Source: a virus (Duplodnaviria > Caudoviricetes). From it: a DNA stretch of 44,568 nucleotides. The stretch lies in the IMG/VR virus record IMGVR_UViG_3300047121_000734, positions 1 to 44,568 of that record, one strand, 5' to 3'. Positions 7,920 to 16,757 of the stretch are shown here, piece by piece. The notes below the pieces were generated by a model. The model did not search any database. It saw nothing but the letters and a program-made list of their open reading frames with translations, and had not been told where the DNA came from. The first letter of the stretch is position 1; each line of letters opens with the position of its first letter. The translations under genes and the position numbers were made by a program.

Positions 7920-9592
7920 TGGAGACCAAACGCCAGAGGCTGGAGAAGATGCGCATGGCGCTCCGAACGGAGCGCGAGTCGTTCATGCCGCACTGGCGTG
8001 ACCTGTCCGACTTCGTGATGCCCCGCCGGGCACGCTACACGATCGCCGAGCGCAACAAGGGAGACCGGCGCAACAAGAAGATCATCGACTCCACGGCCAC
8101 CCTAGCGATCCGCAACTTGCAGGCAGGGATGATGTCGGGGCTCACTTCCCCAGCGCGCCCGTGGTTCTCGTTGGCCACACCCGACCCGGAGCTCGCCGAG
8201 TTCGGGCCGGTTAAGTCCTGGCTCGATGATGTGACGCGGCGCATGCGCACGATCTTCCTCAAGAGCAACCTGTACAACGCGCTGCCGCTGCTCTACTGCG
8301 ACGAGGGGCTCTTCGGCACCTCGGCCATGGCGGTGCTCGAGGACGACCAGGATGTCATCCGCTGTTACTCGTTTCCGATCGGCTCGTACTGCATTGCCCA
8401 GTCGCACCGGCAGACGGTCGACACCTTTGTGCGTGAGTGGGCGATGACGGTGCGCCAGCTGGTGCAGCGCTTCGGCTACGACAACTGTTCGCGCAGTGTG
8501 CAAGGCCACTACGACAACGGGAATTACGAGGTGTGGATCGATGTGGCGCACATGATCCACCCCAACGAAGACCACGACCCGACCAAGCTGCAGGCCAAGC
8601 ACAAGCGCTTTTCCTCCTGCTACTGGGAACTGGGCTCGGACGAGGAGGGCAAGTTCCTCGATGAATCCGGGTTCGATGAGTTCCCGGTCATGGCGCCCCG
8701 GTGGAACCTCACCGGTGAAGACGTGTACGGGTACTCCCCGGGCATGGACGCGCTGGGGGATGTGCAGCAGCTGCAGGCGATGCAGCGGCGCATGATCCAG
8801 TCGGTGGACAAGATGGTCAACCCGCCGATGGTGGCGCCGACCTCCATGCAGAACAAGAAGGCGAGCCTGCTTCCCGGGGACATCACCTACGTGGACACCA
8901 CGCAGGGCTCCACCGGCTTCAAGCCCGCGCACGAACTGCGCATGCCGTTGCAGGAGCTCCAGGTGTTGATCGGCGAGACGCAGATGCGCATCAAGCGCTG
9001 CTTCTACGAGGATCTGTTCCTCATGCTGGCCAACTCCGACCGGCGCCAGATCACCGCGCGCGAGATCGAGGAGCGCCACGAGGAGAAGCTGCTCATGCTC
9101 GGGCCGGTGCTCGAGCGGCAGAACGAAGACCTGCTCGATCCGCTGATCGATCGCACCTTCGCGATCATGCTGCGCAAGGGGCAGATCCCGCCACCGCCGG
9201 CGGAGGTCGCCGGGCAGGAGCTCAAGGTGGAGTACATCTCCATCATGGCGCAGGCGCAAAAGCTTGTGGCCACTGCGGGCCTCGAGCGCTTCGTGGGCTT
9301 CGTGGGCAACCTGGCAGCGGCCAAGCCCGACATCGCCGACAAGCTCGACTTCGACCAGGTGGTCGACGAGTACGCCGACATGCTCGGTGTGCCACCCAAG
9401 ATCGTGCGCCCCGATGACGATGTGGCGAAGATCCGCGAGTCACGCGCGCAGCAAGTTATGGCACAACAGCGGGCCGAGCAGTTGCAGCAGGTGGCACAGG
9501 GAGCGAAGCTTCTCTCTGAGACCGACATGGGCGGAAACAGCGCTCTGTCTGCAATCGCCGCGGGAATCCGCGGTGGCACCGTTCCATCGTAG
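7919..9592 (+). CDS. Portal (head-to-tail connector) protein
   Basis: GLTSPARPWF, RW....E.YG.SP, TAREI..R.EEKL..LGP. Confidence 0.95.
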   Translation: METKRQRLEKMRMALRTERESFMPHWRDLSDFVMPRRARYTIAERNKGDRRNKKIIDSTATLAIRNLQAGMMSGLTSPARPWFSLATPDPELAEFGPVKSWLDDVTRRMRTIFLKSNLYNALPLLYCDEGLFGTSAMAVLEDDQDVIRCYSFPIGSYCIAQSHRQTVDTFVREWAMTVRQLVQRFGYDNCSRSVQGHYDNGNYEVWIDVAHMIHPNEDHDPTKLQAKHKRFSSCYWELGSDEEGKFLDESGFDEFPVMAPRWNLTGEDVYGYSPGMDALGDVQQLQAMQRRMIQSVDKMVNPPMVAPTSMQNKKASLLPGDITYVDTTQGSTGFKPAHELRMPLQELQVLIGETQMRIKRCFYEDLFLMLANSDRRQITAREIEERHEEKLLMLGPVLERQNEDLLDPLIDRTFAIMLRKGQIPPPPAEVAGQELKVEYISIMAQAQKLVATAGLERFVGFVGNLAAAKPDIADKLDFDQVVDEYADMLGVPPKIVRPDDDVAKIRESRAQQVMAQQRAEQLQQVAQGAKLLSETDMGGNSALSAIAAGIRGGTVPS

Positions 9593-9600
9593 AAAATCTT

Positions 9601-9882
9601 ATGGCATCCACAAATCCCAATCTTGTATCAGACGGCCAGCAGGTTGTTGTCCGTGACACCGTAACCCAACCCGAGCGCGCCGCAGTCGTGACGCCCAATG
9701 ACAGCACGACCTTTGCCGCGTCCACCCTGTTTGTGGGCAGTACAGGCAGCTTGGCTGTGCAGACCGCCGGCGGTGACAGCGTGACCTTCAACAACGTGCC
9801 TGTGGGGTTCTTCCCGGTGAAAGTGGTGAAGGTGCTCGCCACTGGGACCACGGCCTCGAACATCGTGCGCGTGTTTAACTAG
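9601..9882 (+). CDS. Head spike base protein, RcGTA Rcc01079-like
   Basis: VTPNDS, LFVGSTGSLAV, VTFNNVPVG.FPV.V.KV.ATGTTA..IV. Confidence 0.8.
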   Translation: MASTNPNLVSDGQQVVVRDTVTQPERAAVVTPNDSTTFAASTLFVGSTGSLAVQTAGGDSVTFNNVPVGFFPVKVVKVLATGTTASNIVRVFN

Positions 9883-9884
9883 CC

Positions 9885-10025
9885 ATGCACATCAGCATCG
9901 AAATCTCCACCACCGCTGTGTTGGCAAGAGCCAGTGCGCCGCCGGGTGTGGTGTTCTTTTATCGCACCCCTGACGGGTCGTTCTACCGACAACCCGACGC
10001 CATCTCACGCTACCTCGTGCCGTAA
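9885..10025 (+). CDS. 46-aa peptide, putative head spike adaptor (not in ORF track)
   Basis: MHISIEISTTAVLARASAPPGVVFFYRTPDGSFYRQPDAISRYLVP fills the gap exactly between neighbouring genes. Confidence 0.65.
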   Translation: MHISIEISTTAVLARASAPPGVVFFYRTPDGSFYRQPDAISRYLVP

Positions 10026-10028
10026 CCT

Positions 10029-10733
10029 ATGCCGGACATCACCGTATCCAATACCGTCCACTCATTCATGCAGGCCGCGGATGCGGCGTCTGCGCGCGCT
10101 GTTCTCGGGGCGCTCGACAAAGCCGGTGACACGATGTCCGGCAAACTCAACCTCACGAGCACCGCCGCAGCTGCACCGTTGAACCTGGGCGGCAACACGG
10201 GCAACACGGGCGCAATCAACGGAGACCTGTGGATGGGGCCTACGGGGATCTTGCAGTTCCGCGCGTCTAACGGGGTGACCTACACGCTGGCAACGCTGTC
10301 CACCAACGTCTTTGCAGCGTCGCAGCAAATCACCAACACGACCGGCAACGGGCTGACGATTCAGACCAACGGCAACGGAAGTGGCATTGCCGTCACGACG
10401 TCGACGACCAACGCCGCAGTGCGTATCACGCAGACGGGCACCGGTGAAGTCCTGCGCGTGGAGGATAGCGCGAACCCAGACACCACGGCGTTCGTTGTGG
10501 ATGCGGCTGGTCGTGTGGGGGTGGGCGTGACCCCTGATGCCACGGCCGCGCTGGCGGTCGATAGCGGAGGGGTGAAGCTCAACGGGGTGAACCTGCTTGC
10601 CGGGGCTGGAAGCCCTGAAGGCGTGGTCAGCGCCCCCGTGGGAAGCTTTTATCTGCGCAGCGATGGGGCGCCCGGCAGCACGTTCTATGTCAAGGAAAGT
10701 GGATCAGGGAACACGGGCTGGGCCGCAAAATGA
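10029..10733 (+). CDS. Head/tail fibre-like protein
   Basis: DKAGDTMSGKL, beta-rich G/T/N repeats, GAGSPEGVVSAPVGS.YLR.DG C-terminus. Confidence 0.7.
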   Translation: MPDITVSNTVHSFMQAADAASARAVLGALDKAGDTMSGKLNLTSTAAAAPLNLGGNTGNTGAINGDLWMGPTGILQFRASNGVTYTLATLSTNVFAASQQITNTTGNGLTIQTNGNGSGIAVTTSTTNAAVRITQTGTGEVLRVEDSANPDTTAFVVDAAGRVGVGVTPDATAALAVDSGGVKLNGVNLLAGAGSPEGVVSAPVGSFYLRSDGAPGSTFYVKESGSGNTGWAAK

Positions 10734-10749
10734 CGCTGGAGTGCTTACG

Positions 10750-11046
10750 ATGAACGCAGCTGACCCGCAGAAGGTGGCCGAAGTCGAGGCCAGGATCAAA
10801 CGCAAGTCCAGCCTGGAAGAGGAAGACCTGCGCAAGGTGATGAGCCTGCCCGAGGGGCGGCGCACGATGTGGCGAATCCTGTGCAACACCGGGATGCGGC
10901 GCTCATCGTTTACCGGCAACTCGGAGACCTACTTCCGCGAGGGTGAGCGCAACGTCGGCCTGCGTCTGCAGCAGGAGCTCGAGCGCATCGCGTTTGAGGA
11001 CTACGTGCTGATGTTGAAGGAGGCGCGTACACAGGAGAGCGCTTAA
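10750..11046 (+). CDS. Bbp19-like conserved podovirus protein
   Basis: DLRKVM..PEGRR.MWRIL...G...SSF...TYFREGERNVGL. Confidence 0.75.
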   Translation: MNAADPQKVAEVEARIKRKSSLEEEDLRKVMSLPEGRRTMWRILCNTGMRRSSFTGNSETYFREGERNVGLRLQQELERIAFEDYVLMLKEARTQESA

Positions 11047-11047
11047 G

Positions 11048-11090
11048 TTTTTCTGTGGACGACATTGAGAAAATCACACCACGCTTGAGA
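11048..11090 (+). repeat. Intergenic direct repeat copy 1 (putative late promoter)
   Basis: TGTGGACG-3 nt-TTGAGAAAATCACACCACGCT; also at 16715-16746. Confidence 0.85.
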
Positions 11091-11092
11091 AG

Positions 11093-11380
11093 ATGCCATC
11101 TGCCGTCATTCCCAAGACAAACGCCACGGATGGGTCCGCGCAAGGCCCGGATGTCAACGCCCTGCAGATCGGCGAAGTCGCGAGCAATCGCACCACCGGG
11201 AAGCTTTACATACGCAAAGATGGGGATTCGATTGCATCGTTTAAGCCAGTCGAGGATTTGACTGTGTCCGATGTGGCCGGGGCCGCACCCACGCATGACG
11301 CCGCTTTGACTGGTACACCGACAGTCAATGGTCAACCGATCCTGAAGGACGGAGACCAACTCACCGGTGGAATCTACTAA
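11093..11380 (+). CDS. Short fibre-family protein (shared N-domain plus C-terminal GGIY)
   Basis: IPK.N.T.GS...P...L..GE.ASN...G.LY shared with the next two ORFs. Confidence 0.8.
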   Translation: MPSAVIPKTNATDGSAQGPDVNALQIGEVASNRTTGKLYIRKDGDSIASFKPVEDLTVSDVAGAAPTHDAALTGTPTVNGQPILKDGDQLTGGIY

Positions 11381-11391
11381 GAGACAGAAAC

Positions 11392-12336
11392 ATGGCTAAT
11401 CCTATCATCCCAAAAACAAACGGCACGCCCGGGTCCAGCGCGACACCGGGAGCCGCAAACCTGGCAGTGGCTGAAATCGCGTCCAACGCGTTTCTGGGCC
11501 GCTTGTACCTCAAGGCCGAAGACGAAAGCGTCAAGGAGTTCCGCGCAGTATCCGACATCGCCGCGAGCGACATCGGTGCTGTAGCGGCTTCCTCTGTTGG
11601 TCAGGCGAACGGTGTTGCACCGCTCGACGCCAACGGGCTTGTCGACGCGCTCTACCTCCCCAGCTACGTCGATGACGTGCTGGAATTTGCCGACCTTGCT
11701 TCGTTCCCAGCCTCGGGCGAGACGGGCAAGATCTACGTGGCCGCTGACACGGCAACGTCCTACCGCTGGAGCGGGAGCGTTTACGTTCCGATCGTTTCCG
11801 GTGGAGAGCCCACTGGCACTGCTGGTGGAGACCTCAGCGGAAGCTATCCGAACCCGACGGTCGCCAAGATCCAGGGCCAATCCGTTTCGTCCACTGCTCC
11901 TTCGACCGGGCAGGCGTTGGTGTTCGACGGATCCAGCTGGGCGCCCAGCACGTTGTCCAGCGATGGCATCACCTCGCTCTCCGGTGACGTGTCTGCCTCG
12001 GGCCCTGGTGCCGCCTCCTCGACGGTGACGGCGATCCAAGGCCAGGCAGTGTCCTCGAGCTCCCCGATGAGCGGACAGGTGCTCGCGTGGGATGGCATAC
12101 AGTGGGTTGCAACCACGCCCGAAAACTTCATCGACACCGGGATCACCGAGCTCACGGGCGACGTGTCCGCGAGCGGAAGTGGGATGGGCATTTCCGCAAC
12201 CGTCAACGCGATCCGTGGGTACCAGGTCTCCACGACCGGTCCTACCACGGGTCAGGCGCTCGTGTTCGACGGCGCCAGCTACACCCCCGCCACGGTGGTG
12301 AAAGACGGAGACGCGATCTCCGGCGGCACCTACTAA
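11392..12336 (+). CDS. Medium fibre-family protein (3 repeats, C-terminal GGTY)
   Basis: Same N-domain; LPSYVDDVLE domain; GD(L/V)S..TV..IQG..AP..GQ.L repeats. Confidence 0.85.
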   Translation: MANPIIPKTNGTPGSSATPGAANLAVAEIASNAFLGRLYLKAEDESVKEFRAVSDIAASDIGAVAASSVGQANGVAPLDANGLVDALYLPSYVDDVLEFADLASFPASGETGKIYVAADTATSYRWSGSVYVPIVSGGEPTGTAGGDLSGSYPNPTVAKIQGQSVSSTAPSTGQALVFDGSSWAPSTLSSDGITSLSGDVSASGPGAASSTVTAIQGQAVSSSSPMSGQVLAWDGIQWVATTPENFIDTGITELTGDVSASGSGMGISATVNAIRGYQVSTTGPTTGQALVFDGASYTPATVVKDGDAISGGTY

Positions 12337-12348
12337 GCCGGTCTCGCC

Positions 12349-12388
12349 CCCTGTCCCATCGCGATCTTTGAAATCCGGTGGGACAGGG
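12349..12388 (+). terminator. Strong intergenic hairpin
   Basis: CCCTGTCCCATCG / CGGTGGGACAGGG inverted repeat; no clear U-tract. Confidence 0.5.
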
Positions 12389-12441
12389 CTTGCGATGCTC
12401 ACACAATTTACCCAGCATGACTGGGACACTTTTCTAAAGCC

Positions 12442-15369
12442 ATGCCCGTCAATCCAATCATTCCGAAAAGAAACGCCACAGCAGGGTCGTCGACTGGCCC
12501 CAATGCCTCTGCGCTGCAGACAGGCGAGCTCGCATCCAACGCGTTTACCGGCGACCTGTACCTCAAGCGTGAAGACGCTGTCGTTGAGAAGATTGGATCT
12601 GACGCTTCGAAGTTAAGCACGGGCACCATGCCAGCGGGCAGGCTTCCCGCGCTCTCTGGCGATGTGGCCTCCAACGCAGGCTCCGCTTCGGTGATCGTCA
12701 CCAAGCTGCAGGGCAAGGCCATTGCCACGACCGCGCCCGCAAGTGGGCAGTTCCTCAGTTGGAACGCAACGCTTAATCAGTGGGAGCCGGTCACCATGGT
12801 CCTGCCCTCTGCTGGCGGCGATCTATCCGGAACGCTGGTCTCGGCCACGGTGGCCAAGATTCAAGGCCGCGCGGTATCGTCTACCGCCCCGAGCTCTGGC
12901 CAGGTGCTCAAGTACGACGGCACGCAGTGGGCTCCGGCGACCGAAGCAGGCGGCGTGACCGGGTTGACCGGCGATGTGACCGCTTCGGGGGCTGGGAATA
13001 TCGCTGCAACGGTCGCCCGCATTCGTGGGGTGAACGTATCTTCCACCGCCCCCACTAGCGCGCAGGTGCTGCGCTACGACGGCACGCAGTGGGCACCGGC
13101 TGCAGCGAACCTGCACACCCACGCGATCGCTGATGTGACGGGACTTCAAAGCGCCCTAGACGGCAAGCAGGCCGCAGGCAACTACGCGCCTCTGGTCAAC
13201 GGCTTGGTGCCGCAGGCGAACCTGCCCAGCTACGTGGACGACGTGCTCGAGTACGCGGGCACCGCCTCGTTCCCGGCCACCGGTGAAAGCGGCAAGATCT
13301 ACGTCGATACCAGCGCGAACATCTCGTACCGGTGGACCGGCTCACAGTACGTTGCGATCGTCTCTGGTGGTGTTCCTACAGGAACGGCAAGCGGAGATCT
13401 ATCGGGGTCCTATCCTTCGCCCACCGTGGCCAAAATCCGCGGCGTGGCGGTCTCCAGCAGCGCCCCCAGTTCTGGGCAGGTGTTGAAGTACGACGGCACC
13501 CAATGGGCCCCGGCCAGCGATACCGACACCGGCATGACAGCCTTAACAGGAGATGTCACGGCTTCAGGCTCTGGCTCTCAGGCTGCCACCGTTGCCAGGA
13601 TTCAGGGGCGCACCGTGGCGAGCACTGCGCCAACCTCGGGCCAGGTGCTTTCTTGGAACAGTACGACAAGCCAGTGGGAGCCGGCTACCGTGACCTCTGG
13701 CTCTTCCTCGCTTGGCGGAGATTTGTCGGGGACGACTTCAAGCGCGACAGTGGCCAAGATTCAGGGGCGCACGATCGCCACCACTGCGCCCACATCCGGG
13801 CAAGTGCTCTCTTGGAACAGCACGTCTAGTCAGTGGGAACCGGCTACCGTTGCGTCAGGATCTTCATCCGTCGGCGGCGATCTTTCTGGCACCACGTCCA
13901 ATGCAACGGTGGCCAAACTGCGCGGGGTTGATATTTCAATCACGGCGCCCTCCGCAGGACAGGTGCTCAAATACAACGGGGTTGCTTGGGCGCCAGCTGC
14001 AGACACGGACACCGGCCTTACCGCGCTGACAGGAGATGTCACCGCCTCTGGCAACGGATCGCAAGCGGCTACCGTGGCGCGCATCCAAGGCAGGGCCGTG
14101 GCATCGACCGCGCCCACGGCAAGCCAGGTGCTGACCTGGAATGCGACGAGTTCGCAGTGGGAGCCTGCTGCGGCAGTCGCCAGCGCAGTGGCGCCGGTGC
14201 TCACTAGTTTTACGGGAAACGGGTCCACGACGCTCTTCGCAATCTCAGGCTACACCAACACCAACGTCGCCAACTATCTGGTGGTCGTCGGTGGTGTTGC
14301 GCAAAAGCCCGACTCAAGCGTGTATACGGTCAGTTCGGCCGGAGTGCTCTTCTCTGTCGCGCCCGCCAACGGAGTGAGCGGGTTTGTGCTGGCGTATCAG
14401 GCCCCAACAGGTTCCTCGCCGCTTGGATATACCGCCGTCAATAAAGCTGGAGACTCTCTCACCGGGGCGCTCAATGAAGCGCAAGGCGCCGACATCGCCT
14501 CGGCCTCAACGGTGAACCTGACCACCGCCACGGGCAACTACGTGCGCATCACTGGCACCACGGCGATCACAGGTATCACGCTGGCGCAAGGGGCTGCGCG
14601 CACGGTGGTGTTTGCAGCGGCGCTGACGTTGACCAACAGCGCAAGCTTGATCTTGCCAAGCGGTGCAAACATCACCACCGCTGCAGGAGACAGCGCGGTG
14701 TTTCGCGGTGAAGCCTCCGGCGTGGTGCGTTGCGTGAGCTACATGAAGGCCAGCGGTGAGGCGCTGGTCGCTGCCTCGGGTTCAAGCGGCGGCGGCGGCG
14801 GCATCAAGATTTTTGACACCGTTGGTGCAAATCAGCCGTGGACGGTTCCCGCTGGGGTTACGAGCGTTGTCGTAGAAATTACATCTGGAGGCGCAGGTGG
14901 ATCTGCACAAAGTGGGGGAGGAAACGGTGGAGCTTCATCGTGTTCAATCGGAGGTGTCACGGTTACGGCAACAGGAGGCTCTGGATCGGGTACGGGTGGA
15001 AGCGTCGCTGCAGTAGCTGGATATGTAAATGCTGGAGCTGGAGGAGCTTTGGAGATTCTTGGAACTGGCAGTGGTGGAGGTTATGGTGGAAATGGTGGTT
15101 CGTTAGATGGTGGCGGTGGACTCAGCCCTACTGGATATCTCACCGCATTTTCACGATACGGAATAGGTGGTCCTGGTGGGCAAGATAATGGCGGCACTCA
15201 GGCTAGAGGAGGAGGTGGTGGAGCGTATGCTATTTATCAAGTAAGCGTTACGCCCGGACAAACTTACAGCAATGCCATCACTGTAGGTGCTGGAGGCGCG
15301 GCTGGAACAGGATCAACGGGCACTAACGGTTACCCTGGTCAGCAAGGACGAATCATCATTCGTTGGTAG
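12442..15369 (+). CDS. Long fibre / receptor-binding protein with 8 repeats and a glycine-rich C-terminal domain
   Basis: Same N-domain; eight ~45-50 aa repeats; WTVPAGVTSVVVE..GGAGG...GRIIIRW terminus. Confidence 0.88.
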   Translation: MPVNPIIPKRNATAGSSTGPNASALQTGELASNAFTGDLYLKREDAVVEKIGSDASKLSTGTMPAGRLPALSGDVASNAGSASVIVTKLQGKAIATTAPASGQFLSWNATLNQWEPVTMVLPSAGGDLSGTLVSATVAKIQGRAVSSTAPSSGQVLKYDGTQWAPATEAGGVTGLTGDVTASGAGNIAATVARIRGVNVSSTAPTSAQVLRYDGTQWAPAAANLHTHAIADVTGLQSALDGKQAAGNYAPLVNGLVPQANLPSYVDDVLEYAGTASFPATGESGKIYVDTSANISYRWTGSQYVAIVSGGVPTGTASGDLSGSYPSPTVAKIRGVAVSSSAPSSGQVLKYDGTQWAPASDTDTGMTALTGDVTASGSGSQAATVARIQGRTVASTAPTSGQVLSWNSTTSQWEPATVTSGSSSLGGDLSGTTSSATVAKIQGRTIATTAPTSGQVLSWNSTSSQWEPATVASGSSSVGGDLSGTTSNATVAKLRGVDISITAPSAGQVLKYNGVAWAPAADTDTGLTALTGDVTASGNGSQAATVARIQGRAVASTAPTASQVLTWNATSSQWEPAAAVASAVAPVLTSFTGNGSTTLFAISGYTNTNVANYLVVVGGVAQKPDSSVYTVSSAGVLFSVAPANGVSGFVLAYQAPTGSSPLGYTAVNKAGDSLTGALNEAQGADIASASTVNLTTATGNYVRITGTTAITGITLAQGAARTVVFAAALTLTNSASLILPSGANITTAAGDSAVFRGEASGVVRCVSYMKASGEALVAASGSSGGGGGIKIFDTVGANQPWTVPAGVTSVVVEITSGGAGGSAQSGGGNGGASSCSIGGVTVTATGGSGSGTGGSVAAVAGYVNAGAGGALEILGTGSGGGYGGNGGSLDGGGGLSPTGYLTAFSRYGIGGPGGQDNGGTQARGGGGGAYAIYQVSVTPGQTYSNAITVGAGGAAGTGSTGTNGYPGQQGRIIIRW

Positions 15370-15392
15370 TACAACCTCATCAGATCACACTA

Positions 15393-15614
15393 ATGGCTTT
15401 TGCACTTATCTCCACAATCGACGTTGAACAGCCGTATCGCTTTTGCGAAGTCTCAGAAGCTCCGTTTCTGGTGACTGAACCGGCGCTGTTTTGGGTGCCA
15501 TGCCCTGAAGGGGTTACCCCCGAGACGCACAAGTGGGACGGCGCGCAATTTGTAGCGTTACCTGCTGAGGCCGTGGAACTTCAGAACGAGCAACAGCCGT
15601 CAGCTGGGTCGTGA
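15393..15614 (+). CDS. Putative fibre assembly chaperone/accessory protein
   Basis: ALIS...R.CEV....F.V...L.WV.CP...W; immediately follows the Gly-rich fibre. Confidence 0.6.
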   Translation: MAFALISTIDVEQPYRFCEVSEAPFLVTEPALFWVPCPEGVTPETHKWDGAQFVALPAEAVELQNEQQPSAGS

Positions 15615-15697
15615 TCGTTTGTCTAAACAGCATCAACACACGCGCAGAGGGTTCAATGATTCCAGTGTTCTAAGTTATGCCATAAAGTAACTTTTGT

Positions 15698-16708
15698 ATG
15701 CCACTTACCCAACTACAGCACCCCATGATGGCCTTCGATGGAGGGGCCTTGAGTTTTCGCAACAGAATAATCGGCGGCGACTTCACGCTGAACCCGTGGC
15801 AGCGCGGCACCTCGTTCACAGCGCCCGCGAGCGGTGCGTATACCGCTGACCGTTTTGTGATGGGCCACACGAGTACGGCGGTGGTCAACATCGTCAAGGC
15901 CGCTGATGCGCCCACGGTCGCGCAGGCCGGCGTCTTCACGCAGCATTGCCTGCACCTCGACATCACCACGGCGGACACCTCGATTGCTGCTGGCGATCAG
16001 TTCAACATCCAGCAGAAACTCGAGGGCTACAACGCGGCATTGTTTGGTTTCGGCCAGGCTGGCACGCGCTACGTCACGCTCTCCTTCTGGGTGAAGTCCA
16101 CCAAGACCGGGACCTTCTGCGTGGCGTTTCGTAACAATGCGGCCAACCGCAGTTACGTCGCCGAGTACACGGTGCTGGCATCCAACACTTGGGAGCGTGA
16201 AGTCATCACCATCCCGGTGGACACCGCTGGCACGTGGACCTACGACAACAGCGAAGGCTTGTCGGTGGTCTGGACGCTCGCGAGCGGTTCGACTTATCAG
16301 ACCACTGCAGGCACCTGGCAGGCCGGAAACTTCATCGCCAGCGCAAATCAGGTCAACGCGCTCGATTCAACGTCCAACGACTTCAAGATTGCGCTGGTGC
16401 AACTGGAAGCCGGTCCTGTGGCGACCGCGTTTGAGGCGCGCCCCTTCGGGGTGGAGTTGGCGTTGTGCCAGCGCTACTACGAGGCAGGCACTGCGCTGGT
16501 GGCAAGGAACATCACGGCGGCAAGCTCTACCATCCGCTCGTCAACCCCGTTCAAAGTCACCAAGCGTGCTGCGCCTACCACGGTAACGGTGGACTTCGGT
16601 GCGGTGGACGCGTTCACGACGCTGGATCGGTTCTCCTGCTACCAAAGCGCTGTGGCCGCAAACACCGATTACAACCCGGGAAATTTCACGGCTTCTGCAG
16701 AGCTCTAG
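15698..16708 (+). CDS. Carbohydrate-binding-module-like virion/fibre protein
   Basis: RNRIIGGDF..WQRGT, YTADRF, TLSFWVK, VQLEAG.VAT.FE.RP...ELALCQRYY. Confidence 0.75.
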   Translation: MPLTQLQHPMMAFDGGALSFRNRIIGGDFTLNPWQRGTSFTAPASGAYTADRFVMGHTSTAVVNIVKAADAPTVAQAGVFTQHCLHLDITTADTSIAAGDQFNIQQKLEGYNAALFGFGQAGTRYVTLSFWVKSTKTGTFCVAFRNNAANRSYVAEYTVLASNTWEREVITIPVDTAGTWTYDNSEGLSVVWTLASGSTYQTTAGTWQAGNFIASANQVNALDSTSNDFKIALVQLEAGPVATAFEARPFGVELALCQRYYEAGTALVARNITAASSTIRSSTPFKVTKRAAPTTVTVDFGAVDAFTTLDRFSCYQSAVAANTDYNPGNFTASAEL

Positions 16709-16709
16709 C

Positions 16710-16750
16710 TTTTTTGTGGACGCAGTTGAGAAAATCACACCACGCTGAGA
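16710..16750 (+). repeat. Intergenic direct repeat copy 2 (putative late promoter)
   Basis: 21-bp exact match 16726-16746 to 11065-11085 plus shared TGTGGACG. Confidence 0.85.
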
Positions 16751-16757
16751 GACAGAT

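Noticed and set aside
10597-10749. N-terminal extensions in the ORF track (also 2478, 3941, 4333, 42388)
   Set aside because: They overlap upstream genes; downstream starts fit coupling and domain boundaries better
11093-16708. Diversity-generating retroelement as in BPP-1
   Set aside because: No reverse transcriptase ORF and no TR/VR pair differing only at adenines was seen
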